Shown: positions 53,906-63,699 of the stretch, piece by piece
How positions within the stretch are numbered: position 1 is the first letter of the stretch
Layout: each line of letters opens with the position of its first letter
Source: an uncultured Eubacteriales bacterium
GTDB lineage: Bacteria > Bacillota > Clostridia > Oscillospirales > UBA644
DNA length: 64,000 nt
Direction: 5' to 3'
Assembly (NCBI GenBank): GCA_959604355.1
Contig: CAUHAO010000008.1
Location: 1,784-65,783, forward strand
Notes under the pieces: generated by a model
Told to the model about the DNA's origin: nothing
Databases searched by the model: none
The model's input: only the letters and a program-made list of their open reading frames with translations
Made by a program: the position numbers and the translations under genes

Positions 53906-56770
53906 GTGAGAAACACGACCGGAAAAAACGAAAATAACAATAAGAAAAAGTCCGGAGGTATTTCGGGCTTCTTCGCAAACCTTTTTCCGACCTTTGCGAA
54001 GAAACGCCGCGTCGCGCGCCGCCGTGCCGAAAAGCAGGCACGCCATGACGCAGTGCTCGATGCCGCCGATATTGCCGCTTCGACTCCCGACGTCGCGGAT
54101 GACCGCCCGCTGTGGGAGAAGGAGCCCGAGCTTTACCGAAAAAAACGCCCGTTCGCAGTACGCGCCCTTGCGAAAATAGGCTCGTTTATGCTGACCTGCC
54201 TTCTCTTAGGCGGAGTGCTGCTCACCGTCGCTCTCGGCGCGGGCTTTGCGCTCGTGTATTCCTTCTCCGACCCGGGACTTGACGCGACGCTTGCGAATCT
54301 CGAGCTTTCCTACACCACACAGATTCTCGCTACGAAAAACGACGGCACGGTCGTCGTCTACGAAGAGCTTTACAGCGAGGCAAACCGCGTCTGGACGTCG
54401 ATAAACGATATGCCTCAATACCTGCTCGACGCCACCGTCGCGATAGAAGACAAGCGTTTCTATCAGCACATGGGCGTTGACCCAATCCGAACAGCCTCGG
54501 CGACTCTGGGCTATGTCCTCGATAAAATCGGAATAAAAGGTATCGGCTCGGGCGGCGGCGGCTCAACGTTGACCCAGCAGCTCGTCAAAAACGTCACCGA
54601 GGACAAAGCAACGCAGGGCAAAGCGGGTCTTGAACGTAAATTCCGCGAGATACTGCGCGCACTGTATATCGAACGTAAATACGACAAGAGCCAGATACTC
54701 GAATATTACCTCAACGTCATTCCTTTCCACGGCAACGACAACGGCGTCGGCACCGCGGCAAAATATTATTTCGACAAAGAAGTGTCCGAGCTTTCTCTGA
54801 CGGAGTGCGCGGCGCTTATTTCGATAACGAACGCTCCGGCGTACTACGACCCTTACACATACCCCGAAAGAAACCGCGAACGCCGCAACATCGTGCTTTA
54901 CAATATGTATGATCAGGGAAAAATAAGCAAGGAAGAATACGATACGGCGAAGAATGAAGAACTCGTTCTCGCGGATCATACGGGCACGACCAAGTCCACG
55001 AAGGTATTCTCTTACTTTACCGATACCGTCATAGAATGGCTTGTTTCCGAGCTCGGCTCCCAGTACGGCTACACGCGCAAAGAGGCTCTCGACTATATCT
55101 ACACATCGGGTTTGCGCATCTACACCACCGTTGACCCCGACATACAGTCCCTCATGGAGGCGTATTTCGCCGACGAGAGCAGCTATCCCGAGCTTGAGGG
55201 CGACGTACAGCCTCAGGTCGCGATGGAAGTGCTCGACCCGCTCACGGGCAACATTCTCGGCATCATCGGCGGACGCGGCGAAAAGACGCAAAGCCTTTCG
55301 CTCAACCGCGCCACACAGTCCAAGCGTCAGATCGGAAGTGCGATAAAGCCTCTCACGGTCTACGGCATCGCCATCGAGGAAAACCTCATCACCGCGGCGA
55401 CAGCTGTCGACGACTCTCCGCTGTATATAACCGAAACGACTGAAAAAGACAAACTATATAAACCGTATCCGTCCAACTATGACAGCACTTACAGCGGTAT
55501 GCTCGACGTCAAGACGGTTTTCTCGAACTCTCTAAACACCACCGCGATGAAAGTCCTTGAGATGGTGGGTATAGATAAGAGTTACGATTTCGCGAAAAAC
55601 ATGTTCCGCCTTAAATCCCTTACTGAAGAAGACAAATACCTCGCGCCGCTCTCCGTCGGCTCGCTCTATAAGGGTGTCACCGTTCAGGAGGCTGTCGCGG
55701 CATATACCGTATACGCAAGCGGCGGCAAATACTCCGCTCCGCGCTGTGTGACCCGTGTTGAGACGTACGACGGCAAGGTCATCGTCGAGAATGGCGTTGA
55801 CAGTACGATAGTTTTCTCTCCCCAGACCTCTTACGTCGTCACGGATATCCTCAAACGCGCTGCGTCCGTCGGCTCGAGCAAGGTGGCAAACCTTTCGCCC
55901 ATCGCGACTGCCGGCAAATCCGGTACCACGTCCTCGTTCAATGACCGCTGGTTCATCGGCTACACTCCGTATTACCTCGGCGGTATCTGGTGGGGCTACG
56001 ATGAAAACGGTGTCAACGACAATACGGAGCATGTCCGTATGTGGCACGACGTAATGAAGCAGATACACGACCTGCGCGGCATAACCGAGGCGGAATTCGA
56101 GGTTCCCGACGGTCTCGTCACCGCGTCCTACTGCTCATGCAGCGGCATGGCACCCGGTCCGTATTGCTCGACCGACCCCGCCGGAAACTGCATAAAAACG
56201 GGCATTTTCAAAGAGGGCACACAGCCCACCGAGACCTGCACGGTGCACCATCAGGTCTATATATGCTCCGAGTCGGGTCAGATAGCACACGAAAACTGCC
56301 CCTCCGCGTATCTTGCGACTTTCCGCGACTACACGCGCAGCTACCCCAACGCATACGTCTACGTCAAAGACTCGGAATATATCTGCCCGCCGCTTTCGCC
56401 GACGCAGATACTTTACAACAGCAACCTTTTGCCCGTTTACACCTATATGCTTCCGGAGGGCGAGTACCCCACACTTTCAAGCTCTAAAAAGACGCGCTAC
56501 CGCAACTGTCTGTGCTCGACTCATGCGGCAAGCGAGAATCCTCATCCCTATACCTATAAGTTCCTTTCCTTCTGGGAGATAGGCGACGTGACCGAAGGTC
56601 TTGCAAAGCCCGCCGCTCTGCTCACTCCCTCCGAACTGCTGGCAAAGCAGCAGCTTGACCAGGAAATCGAGACAGCACGCCTGTTGTATGAGCAGACGGG
56701 GCAGCTCACCGAGGGCATAACAATGGAAATGATGTATCCTCATCTTGCATCGGGGGAGGCGAACGATTGA
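53906..56770 (+). CDS. Class A penicillin-binding protein (PBP1A-type transglycosylase/transpeptidase) with a Cys-rich C-terminal extension
   Basis: GTG start. GT51 motifs ..EDKRFYQHMGVDP.. and ..GGSTLTQQLVKN... Transpeptidase motifs SAIKP, SNS and KSGTT. About 200 extra C-terminal residues contain 11 Cys. Confidence 0.9.
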   Translation: MRNTTGKNENNNKKKSGGISGFFANLFPTFAKKRRVARRRAEKQARHDAVLDAADIAASTPDVADDRPLWEKEPELYRKKRPFAVRALAKIGSFMLTCLLLGGVLLTVALGAGFALVYSFSDPGLDATLANLELSYTTQILATKNDGTVVVYEELYSEANRVWTSINDMPQYLLDATVAIEDKRFYQHMGVDPIRTASATLGYVLDKIGIKGIGSGGGGSTLTQQLVKNVTEDKATQGKAGLERKFREILRALYIERKYDKSQILEYYLNVIPFHGNDNGVGTAAKYYFDKEVSELSLTECAALISITNAPAYYDPYTYPERNRERRNIVLYNMYDQGKISKEEYDTAKNEELVLADHTGTTKSTKVFSYFTDTVIEWLVSELGSQYGYTRKEALDYIYTSGLRIYTTVDPDIQSLMEAYFADESSYPELEGDVQPQVAMEVLDPLTGNILGIIGGRGEKTQSLSLNRATQSKRQIGSAIKPLTVYGIAIEENLITAATAVDDSPLYITETTEKDKLYKPYPSNYDSTYSGMLDVKTVFSNSLNTTAMKVLEMVGIDKSYDFAKNMFRLKSLTEEDKYLAPLSVGSLYKGVTVQEAVAAYTVYASGGKYSAPRCVTRVETYDGKVIVENGVDSTIVFSPQTSYVVTDILKRAASVGSSKVANLSPIATAGKSGTTSSFNDRWFIGYTPYYLGGIWWGYDENGVNDNTEHVRMWHDVMKQIHDLRGITEAEFEVPDGLVTASYCSCSGMAPGPYCSTDPAGNCIKTGIFKEGTQPTETCTVHHQVYICSESGQIAHENCPSAYLATFRDYTRSYPNAYVYVKDSEYICPPLSPTQILYNSNLLPVYTYMLPEGEYPTLSSSKKTRYRNCLCSTHAASENPHPYTYKFLSFWEIGDVTEGLAKPAALLTPSELLAKQQLDQEIETARLLYEQTGQLTEGITMEMMYPHLASGEAND

Positions 56771-59217
56771 TGAAAAAGACTTTTATCCGCCTTTTCGCTT
56801 TCGCGGCGGCTCTTGCCGTCCTGATGACGTTTTTCATTCCTTTCGCGTCGTCCGCGGCGACGGAATATGAGAGCGCGTATAATTTCAACTCCGCTACCGA
56901 TATGACGTGGGATCTTTCGGGCAGGAACAAGCTCATCAACCAGAGCTACGACCCGCTTACCCCCACCGCCGGCTACACGGGCATCGGTACGGCGAATTAC
57001 GTCGGCCTGCGCTCCGAAATGTTCCGCTCCAACAGCGAAATGACGTTCGCACTGCGCCTGAAGCTTACTCCGAACGGCGACGGACGTATATTCCATACGA
57101 GCTCCGCCAAGACCACCGAGCCGTATATGACGCTCGAATATCTCGAACAGAAAAACAAAGTCAGCCTTACCTATTTCGACGGCTCCGTGTCCGAGACTCT
57201 TTATATGGACGTGTCCGACGTGACGGGTGCAAATCTCGAATGGGTACACATCGCCTTCGTTTTCCGCGCATCCTCCGAGGGCACGCTCATCACTCTCTGC
57301 AAAAACGGCGTTATGGCGGACTGTATCCTCTCCTCCGCGAATCTTGCGGCACTTTCGCCGCGCCTTACATATCTCACAGGCTATCTCAAAGATGAAATAT
57401 ACGTCTCCAATACCGCGCGCACCGATGACGAGATCGAATTTCTTTCGACCACATCCGTCAAAGCGTTCCTGCAATCAAGGGGCGTCACGGTTATCGAGCA
57501 TGTGGATACCGAGCGGCCCACAGATCCGGAGCATCCTACGGGCTCTCCCGACGACCCCTCAGAGCCTTATGTCCCCGTAAACAACGGCATAAAGTTCGAC
57601 TGGATAGGCTATACGTTTGACGATTCTCTCGATATCACAATGGACTCGAACCGTCTTGTTTCGTGCGATATCAATGTTTACGCCGTCAACAAGATAGGCA
57701 CGCCCTCTTACGGCGGCAAGACCGGCTACGGCCTCACGCGCCGCACATCCGCGTACCCCGCCAAATATATGACTCTCGACCGCGATCTGCTCCATTCCGC
57801 GGAGACGTTCACCGTCGGTATGTGGGTATACCGCGCCGCGGACACGGGCGATAACGGCACGTCACAGATGAAACTGCTCGACTTCACCGGCAAGGACGGA
57901 TATCTCATTTTCGCGCCCTTTGCCGACGAGCCGTATCTCGCGGCGGGCTCTTCCTTCAGATATGTGGACAAATTCACGGGCGCCGTCTGCGACCCGTATT
58001 GGCCGTTCGCAGAGCAGGTACCCGACGCAATATGGAATCTTTCGGGTACATCGCTGTCGAAATTCAACAACAAATGGGTCTACGTTGCGCTTTCGTATTC
58101 CCTCACGGGGCAGGTGAGTATGTACATCAACGGAAGCCTTATCGGCGCCGTTGAAACCGGTTGCACTCTGCAATCGCTTTCGCTTACGAATCTCAATATA
58201 ATGACGGGAAGCTCGTCCTCGGACACAAGCAGATACATCATCGATGAGATATACATATCGTCCAAGGCTCTGCCTGCTGCCGAGATCGGAAAGCTTCGTT
58301 CCTACGGCATAAAAACATATTCGACCCAAGTCATTCCCGACACGGGCAACCAGGGAGAGCAGGGCGACGACCCCTCCGTTGTTCCCGATGAAAGCGACCT
58401 GCTCGAGGACAAATTCACTTCCTCGGCGCATATAAACGGTTTTGTAGGCACGACCTTTGACACTTCGTCATTCATCGGCAAGGACATCAACAATTCCGTC
58501 TCGGCGACCGTGCGCAGCCCCAGCCTATCGCAGGGTATACACAATTACGGTCTTACGCTCGACGGCATTTCCTCATATATCCGTTACCCCATGCAGATAC
58601 TCGACGACGAGGTACAGCTCACGGTCTCCGTGGCGTACAAGTGGAACGGTCCGTCGAACGGCAACACTCAGAAGCTCTTTGACTTTTCGTCCAAATCCTC
58701 GTCTGTCACCGCGCCCAATGCGTACTTCCGTCTTGAGATGGGCGACGGTCTTTCGGGACTCTGTCTGCGCATATACGACGGCAAAAACGAAGCGTCGATA
58801 AAGACGAACGTCAACACCGTCGGCTCATGGGTGCGCGTCACGGCGACTCTCGGCAACGGTGTCGCGCGTCTGTATGTCAACGGCTCGGAAGTCGGAAAAA
58901 CGAACACCGCGGTCATCCCCTCCGATATTAAGCCCAATTATATCTTTGTCGGACGTTCGGGCGTCAAGGGCGACGCGCTCTTCAAAGGCGTCGTCGATGA
59001 AATATACATCGCTCCGAGAGTCCTCTCAAACGAGGAAATACAGGCCTTTGAAACAAACGGCATCGATCCCTCCCAGCAGGCGACCGAAACGCCTACCGAA
59101 CGGGAAGATCAGCTCGATACGCTCTGGGATTCTTTGATAAAGGGCGTTATCGTCGTCTCGGTCATCCTTGTGCTCGTCATCGCCGCGGTTATCATTATCA
59201 CAGTCATAAGAAAATAA
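56770..59217 (+). CDS. Membrane-anchored protein with three LamG-like (concanavalin-type) domains
   Basis: Its ATG overlaps the PBP TGA (TGATG). A signal peptide is present. Three modules end in KDEIYVSNTARTDDEI, IDEIYISSKALPAAEI and VDEIYIAPRVLSNEEI, the hallmark last strands of Laminin_G_3-type domains. There is a C-terminal TM segment. Confidence 0.8.
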   Translation: MKKTFIRLFAFAAALAVLMTFFIPFASSAATEYESAYNFNSATDMTWDLSGRNKLINQSYDPLTPTAGYTGIGTANYVGLRSEMFRSNSEMTFALRLKLTPNGDGRIFHTSSAKTTEPYMTLEYLEQKNKVSLTYFDGSVSETLYMDVSDVTGANLEWVHIAFVFRASSEGTLITLCKNGVMADCILSSANLAALSPRLTYLTGYLKDEIYVSNTARTDDEIEFLSTTSVKAFLQSRGVTVIEHVDTERPTDPEHPTGSPDDPSEPYVPVNNGIKFDWIGYTFDDSLDITMDSNRLVSCDINVYAVNKIGTPSYGGKTGYGLTRRTSAYPAKYMTLDRDLLHSAETFTVGMWVYRAADTGDNGTSQMKLLDFTGKDGYLIFAPFADEPYLAAGSSFRYVDKFTGAVCDPYWPFAEQVPDAIWNLSGTSLSKFNNKWVYVALSYSLTGQVSMYINGSLIGAVETGCTLQSLSLTNLNIMTGSSSSDTSRYIIDEIYISSKALPAAEIGKLRSYGIKTYSTQVIPDTGNQGEQGDDPSVVPDESDLLEDKFTSSAHINGFVGTTFDTSSFIGKDINNSVSATVRSPSLSQGIHNYGLTLDGISSYIRYPMQILDDEVQLTVSVAYKWNGPSNGNTQKLFDFSSKSSSVTAPNAYFRLEMGDGLSGLCLRIYDGKNEASIKTNVNTVGSWVRVTATLGNGVARLYVNGSEVGKTNTAVIPSDIKPNYIFVGRSGVKGDALFKGVVDEIYIAPRVLSNEEIQAFETNGIDPSQQATETPTEREDQLDTLWDSLIKGVIVVSVILVLVIAAVIIITVIRK

Positions 59218-59242
59218 AATCATTCAAGGAGATATAACAGCA

Positions 59243-60283
59243 ATGACACTCATGAAACAGGAGATCTTCGAAGAACCGAAGGTCATGGAAAAATGCATCA
59301 AAACGAACGCCGACACGTTCGATAAGCTCGTTGCACAGCTCAACAGCAGAAAGATACGCAACGTCATCGTCGCCGCTCGCGGTACGTCCGATCATGCGGG
59401 CATTTACGGCAAATATATCATCGAAAAAATGGTGGGGATCCCCGTCGGCCTTGCGGCGTGCAGCGTCGTAAGCCTCTATGACGCGGAAATCAATATGGAA
59501 GACATGCTCGTCATCGGCATCTCCCAGTCGGGTGCGGCGGCGGACGTCCTCGAATACATGAACATGGCAAAGAAGAGCGGCGCTCTTACCGTCACAATCA
59601 CCAATACCGCGGATTCTCCGCTCGCAAAGGCGGCCGATTATCATCTGTTCTGCGACGCGGGTGAGGAAAAGAGCGTTGCGGCGACAAAAACCTTCGGCAC
59701 TCAGCTCTATCTCATGGCTCATCTCGCGGCAAAATGGGCGGGAAGAAACGACATTCTCGCAAAACTCGCCAAAGTCCCTGAACAGATGTGCAATATCATC
59801 CTTCAAGACGATACTATCGCCGAGATCGCACGCCGTTACCGCTTCATGGACGAGGCGTTCGTCCTCTCCAGAGGCATCAACTATCCCATAGCGCTCGAAG
59901 CGACGCTCAAAATTCAGGAAACGAACTACGTCCGAGCGAAAGCGTACCCGATCTCCGACTTTCATCACGGCCCGTTCGCAATGATAAGCGAAGGAATGCC
60001 CGTGTTCATCTATATGTCCGACGGCCCGATCAAGCAGGACACCTTTGAAATGATACACAAGCTCCAGGGTGCAGGCGCGGATATCTTCATGGTCTCCGAC
60101 GACGACGAACTCCTTGCCGAGGGCGTCGAGGGCTTCAAGATCCCTGCTTGCGACAAAGAAGACATGATCGCCACCTTCTATTTCGCGATCTTCGCCCAGC
60201 TTTTCGCGGCAAATCTGGCGGATGTCAAGGGTCGCAATCCTGACGCACCCAGAGGGTTGAAAAAAGTTACCATTACACATTAA
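59243..60283 (+). CDS. SIS-domain sugar-phosphate isomerase/deaminase (GlmS isomerase-domain-like)
   Basis: ..VAARGTSDHAG.Y.KY.., ..GISQSG...D.. and ..T.TN...SPLA..A...L....GEEKSVAATKTF.. indicate two SIS repeats. Confidence 0.85.
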   Translation: MTLMKQEIFEEPKVMEKCIKTNADTFDKLVAQLNSRKIRNVIVAARGTSDHAGIYGKYIIEKMVGIPVGLAACSVVSLYDAEINMEDMLVIGISQSGAAADVLEYMNMAKKSGALTVTITNTADSPLAKAADYHLFCDAGEEKSVAATKTFGTQLYLMAHLAAKWAGRNDILAKLAKVPEQMCNIILQDDTIAEIARRYRFMDEAFVLSRGINYPIALEATLKIQETNYVRAKAYPISDFHHGPFAMISEGMPVFIYMSDGPIKQDTFEMIHKLQGAGADIFMVSDDDELLAEGVEGFKIPACDKEDMIATFYFAIFAQLFAANLADVKGRNPDAPRGLKKVTITH

Positions 60284-60341
60284 GGGGATTGGCTTTTTTG
60301 TGCATAATTTTGAGGGGCTTAGCTTTTTTGTGCATAACTTT
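60283..60341. repeat. 29-bp tandem repeat x2
   Basis: gggg(a/c)tt(g/a)gcttttttgtgcataa(t/c)ttt occurs twice. Confidence 0.85.
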
Positions 60342-60413
60342 GTCAACTCTGCGTCCGCGGCTGCTCACATACACCAAGTATGCTCCGCGCCGACAGACTT
60401 GAGTTTTCGCGTT

Positions 60414-60590
60414 CTGCGCAAAAAATCGTCGCCCCGATAAGGCGGGAAAAAAGGTCTTGCGCAAAAAAATCGCCGCCCCGATAATGCGGGAAAGGCGGTT
60501 TTGCGCGAGAAAATCGTCGTCCCCGATAAGGCGGGAAAAAAGGCCTTGCGCGAGAAAATCGTCGTCCCGATAAGGCGGGAAAAAGGCTTG
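60414..60590. repeat. 43-45-bp tandem repeat x4
   Basis: tgcgc(a/g)a(a/g)aaaatcg(t/c)cg(c/t)cccgataa(g/t)gcgggaaa..gg..t units, each containing a cgcc..ggcg mini-hairpin. Confidence 0.9.
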
Positions 60591-60653
60591 AGCATAACCT
60601 ATAAAAATCATAAAAGCATTTTTAATATAACGAAAGAGATAAGAGAATATTCC

Positions 60654-62030
60654 ATGGACTTGAAAATAAAAGCAGAACTCGATCCCGGATTTGAGCCGCT
60701 TTCCGTGTTTTGCCGCGAATTTATTCGCAAAGTCGATAAAGACGGCGGACAGGCTCTCATAATCGGCGTTGAGCGCAACAACGGCTGTGTTTCGGTGTAT
60801 AAGACGAAAATTTTCGCCGACAACACGGGTCATGACAATGAAAACTACATCTACGCGGAGCGCATAGTCAAGACATTGCTTTGGGCGCGCGGCGGCTGGA
60901 AAGTCATCGTTGCGGGTTCGCCTGCAATTGTGAGCCGTCTGCGTGAGGATTACGCGAAGGGCGGAAAGCGCGAATTTGACGCGGATTTCATGAGCCGTGT
61001 CTACGAAAAACCGTTCGTCGTGGAAAGTTGCACCCTTGACCATCCGCCCGAGGCTCACGAGGTTTCCGAGCCCGTCGGCAGACATCTCGACGGCTGCCGC
61101 ATCGGTTTCGACGCGGGCGGAAGCGACCGCAAGGTCAGCGCCGTCATTGACGGACAGACGGTTTATTCAGAAGAAGTCGTCTGGAACCCGAAAACACAGT
61201 CCGACCCGAAGTACCATTACGACGGCATCCTTGCCGCCATGAAGACCGCGGCGTCGAAAATGCCCCGTGTTGACGCCATCGGCGTGAGCTCTGCGGGCAT
61301 ATATGTCGATAACCGCATAATGGTCGCGTCGCTTTTCCTCAAGGTAAGTGACGATGATTTTGAGAAAACCGTAAAAAATATGTACATAGACGTGGCTCGC
61401 GAAATAGGAGACGTGCCGCTGTGCGTTGCAAACGACGGTGACGTTACCGCGCTTGCCGGAGCGATGGATCTTGACGATACGAACGTGCTCGGCATCGCAA
61501 TGGGTACGAGCGAAGCGGGCGGCTATGTTGACGGCGTGGGCAATATCACGGGCTGGCTCAATGAGCTTGCGTTCGTTCCCGTCGATATCAACCTCGACGC
61601 GTCTCTCGACGAGTGGTCGGGCGACATCGGCTGCGGCGTGAAGTATTTTTCACAGGACGCCGTCATACGTCTTGCACCCGCCGCGGGCATCGAGCTTGAC
61701 CGCAACCTCACTCCTGCCGAAAAACTCAAAGTCGTGCAGGGACTCATGGCGCAGGGCGACGCGCGCGCGGAGAAAATATACCGCACCGTAGGTGTTTACC
61801 TCGGCTACGCGCTTGCGTATTACGCGCAGTTCTACGACATCAAGCACGTTCTGCTCATGGGCAGAGTAACCTCCGGCAACGGCGGAGCGCTCATCCTTGA
61901 AAAGGCACAGGCTGTGCTTGCCGAAGAGTTCCCCAGACTTTCCAAACAGATAACGCTGCATATTCCCGACGAAAGCAGCCGCCGCGTGGGGCAATCCATC
62001 GCCGCGGCAAGCCTCCCGGAAATAAAATAA
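60654..62030 (+). CDS. ROK-family sugar kinase-like protein with an N-terminal extension of about 140 aa
   Basis: The start is moved to MDLKIKAEL (60654), outside the repeat array. ..IGFDAGGSD.., ..IGVSSAG.. and ..ANDGDVTALAG.. are actin-fold/ROK motifs. No Cys-rich ROK zinc motif was noticed. Confidence 0.8.
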   Translation: MDLKIKAELDPGFEPLSVFCREFIRKVDKDGGQALIIGVERNNGCVSVYKTKIFADNTGHDNENYIYAERIVKTLLWARGGWKVIVAGSPAIVSRLREDYAKGGKREFDADFMSRVYEKPFVVESCTLDHPPEAHEVSEPVGRHLDGCRIGFDAGGSDRKVSAVIDGQTVYSEEVVWNPKTQSDPKYHYDGILAAMKTAASKMPRVDAIGVSSAGIYVDNRIMVASLFLKVSDDDFEKTVKNMYIDVAREIGDVPLCVANDGDVTALAGAMDLDDTNVLGIAMGTSEAGGYVDGVGNITGWLNELAFVPVDINLDASLDEWSGDIGCGVKYFSQDAVIRLAPAAGIELDRNLTPAEKLKVVQGLMAQGDARAEKIYRTVGVYLGYALAYYAQFYDIKHVLLMGRVTSGNGGALILEKAQAVLAEEFPRLSKQITLHIPDESSRRVGQSIAAASLPEIK

Positions 62031-62064
62031 ACAACAAAAATACTGAAAGGTTAGGAAAAAAACA

Positions 62065-62274
62065 ATGGACAAGATTGAAATCACAAAAGACATGACTATC
62101 GGACAGGTGCTCTCCCTCGTTCCCGACTGCGCGGAACTGCTCATGGGTGCGGGAATGCATTGTCTGGGATGCCCCAGCGCGAGAGCTGAGTCCATCGAGC
62201 AGGCATGCGCCGTTCACGGCGTTGACCCCGATGAACTCGTAGACGCGATAAATGTTCTCGCTGAAAATGTTTAA
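62065..62274 (+). CDS. DUF1858 domain-containing protein (hybrid-cluster-protein-associated redox disulfide type)
   Basis: 69 aa, ..I.KDMTIGQVL...P.....L...GMHCLGCP.A..ESI..A...HG.D...L. Confidence 0.85.
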   Translation: MDKIEITKDMTIGQVLSLVPDCAELLMGAGMHCLGCPSARAESIEQACAVHGVDPDELVDAINVLAENV

Positions 62275-62929
62275 GCTCACCCCGAGACTTGAAAAGGTCT
62301 GCGCTTATGTCGGCAGGTGCGATACGCTTGCCGATATAGGCACAGACCATGCTTTTGTTCCGATAACGCTCGTGCGTGACGGAAAATGCCGCCGCGCCTA
62401 TGCCTGCGACGTGGGCGAAGGGCCTTTGCGTAACGCGATGCAATACATAAACGACGCGGGACTTACACAGCGCATCGTCACGGTTCTTTCCGACGGCTTT
62501 GCTTCCGTGCCCGACGACTGGGATACCGCCGTTATAGCAGGAATGGGCGGCGAGCTCATCGCGCGTATAATTTCCGAAGCCGCCGTTTCAGCCGCGCAGA
62601 CGCTCGTGCTCCAGCCTATGACAAAAGCCGCGGAGCTGCGCCGTTTTCTTTATGAGAACGGGTTTACCGTCGCCGATGAGGATATCGTACGCGAAGGGGA
62701 AAAGCTTTACACTGTCATCAAGGCGGTGCATTCTCCGTGCGAATGGGACAGGGCGGACGTTTACGCCTCACGCGCCCTGCGTGCAAAAACATATCCCGAG
62801 GTAAAAGAATATTTTCTGCGTCTGCGCATGCGCCTTGAAAGAATATCCGCAGCTGCCGCGGACGCCGCCGATCCCGCCGCGAAAAACGACGCGGACCGCA
62901 TTTTACATATAATAAAGGAGTTCGTCTGA
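62267..62929 (+). CDS. trmK: tRNA (adenine(22)-N(1))-methyltransferase
   Basis: MFKLTPRLEKVCAYV......LADIGTDHAFVPI.L......RAYACDV..GPL. parallels the TrmK N-terminus. An alternative start lies at 62252. Confidence 0.85.
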   Translation: MFKLTPRLEKVCAYVGRCDTLADIGTDHAFVPITLVRDGKCRRAYACDVGEGPLRNAMQYINDAGLTQRIVTVLSDGFASVPDDWDTAVIAGMGGELIARIISEAAVSAAQTLVLQPMTKAAELRRFLYENGFTVADEDIVREGEKLYTVIKAVHSPCEWDRADVYASRALRAKTYPEVKEYFLRLRMRLERISAAAADAADPAAKNDADRILHIIKEFV

Positions 62930-63687
62930 TGAAAGTCGGAGAAATTTACGATTTTATTGACACCTTAGCCCCCTATTCCGAAGCCGCAGAGTGGGACAAC
63001 AGCGGCCTTAACATCGGAAGCCGTGACCACGAGGTACGCAAAGTTCTTCTCTCTCTCGACGTGACGGATGACGTTGCCGAGGAAGCCGCAAGAAAGCGCT
63101 GCGGACTCATAGTTTCGCATCATCCCGTTATCTTTTCGCCTCTTAAAAACATCGACGAACACAGCGTCGTGTATTCTTTGATACGTTTCAATATCGCGGC
63201 ACTTTCCGCACACACGAATTTCGACCGCGTGCCCGGAGGCGTATGCGACATTCTTGCGTATCTTGCCGGCGTTGACGCAATGAGCGACCTCGCGCCCGAG
63301 AACCCCGAGGTCATCGGACGGATAGGCATGGCGCCGCAGTCCACTCTCTACGCTTTTACCGCGCGCCTGAAAACGACGCTGGCCGCGCCTTGCGTGCAGT
63401 ATTTCGACGCGCACCGACCCGTGCTCAAAGTCGCGGTCGTCAGCGGTGCGGGCGGAAGCGAGGTCGAAGCGGCGGTGAAGGCGGGCGCGGACACTCTTCT
63501 GACGGGTGAAGTGAGCTATCACCATTGGCTCGAGGCACAGCATTACGGCATAAATCTCGTCGCTGCGGGTCATTTCGAGACCGAAGTACCCGCGATGCAT
63601 TACCTCAAAACGACGCTTGAACACAAATTCCCCGATGTTGCCTTTGAGCTTTCCGAGACATGCAGAGGCGTCATCGAACTTGCATAA
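62929..63687 (+). CDS. Nif3-like dinuclear metal centre protein (YqfO family)
   Basis: ..WDNSGL..G.., ..SHHP.IF.PL.. and ..AGHFETE... Its ATG overlaps the trmK TGA. Confidence 0.9.
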   Translation: MKVGEIYDFIDTLAPYSEAAEWDNSGLNIGSRDHEVRKVLLSLDVTDDVAEEAARKRCGLIVSHHPVIFSPLKNIDEHSVVYSLIRFNIAALSAHTNFDRVPGGVCDILAYLAGVDAMSDLAPENPEVIGRIGMAPQSTLYAFTARLKTTLAAPCVQYFDAHRPVLKVAVVSGAGGSEVEAAVKAGADTLLTGEVSYHHWLEAQHYGINLVAAGHFETEVPAMHYLKTTLEHKFPDVAFELSETCRGVIELA

Positions 63688-63699
63688 ACAGAGGATAAA

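Noticed and set aside
60501-60653. N-terminal 51 residues of the track ORF for the ROK protein (MREKIVVPDKAGKKALREKIVVP..).
   Set aside because: This part is a translation of the 43-45-bp tandem array, so the peptide itself is repeated. The ATG at 60654 follows the array and starts the non-repetitive protein.
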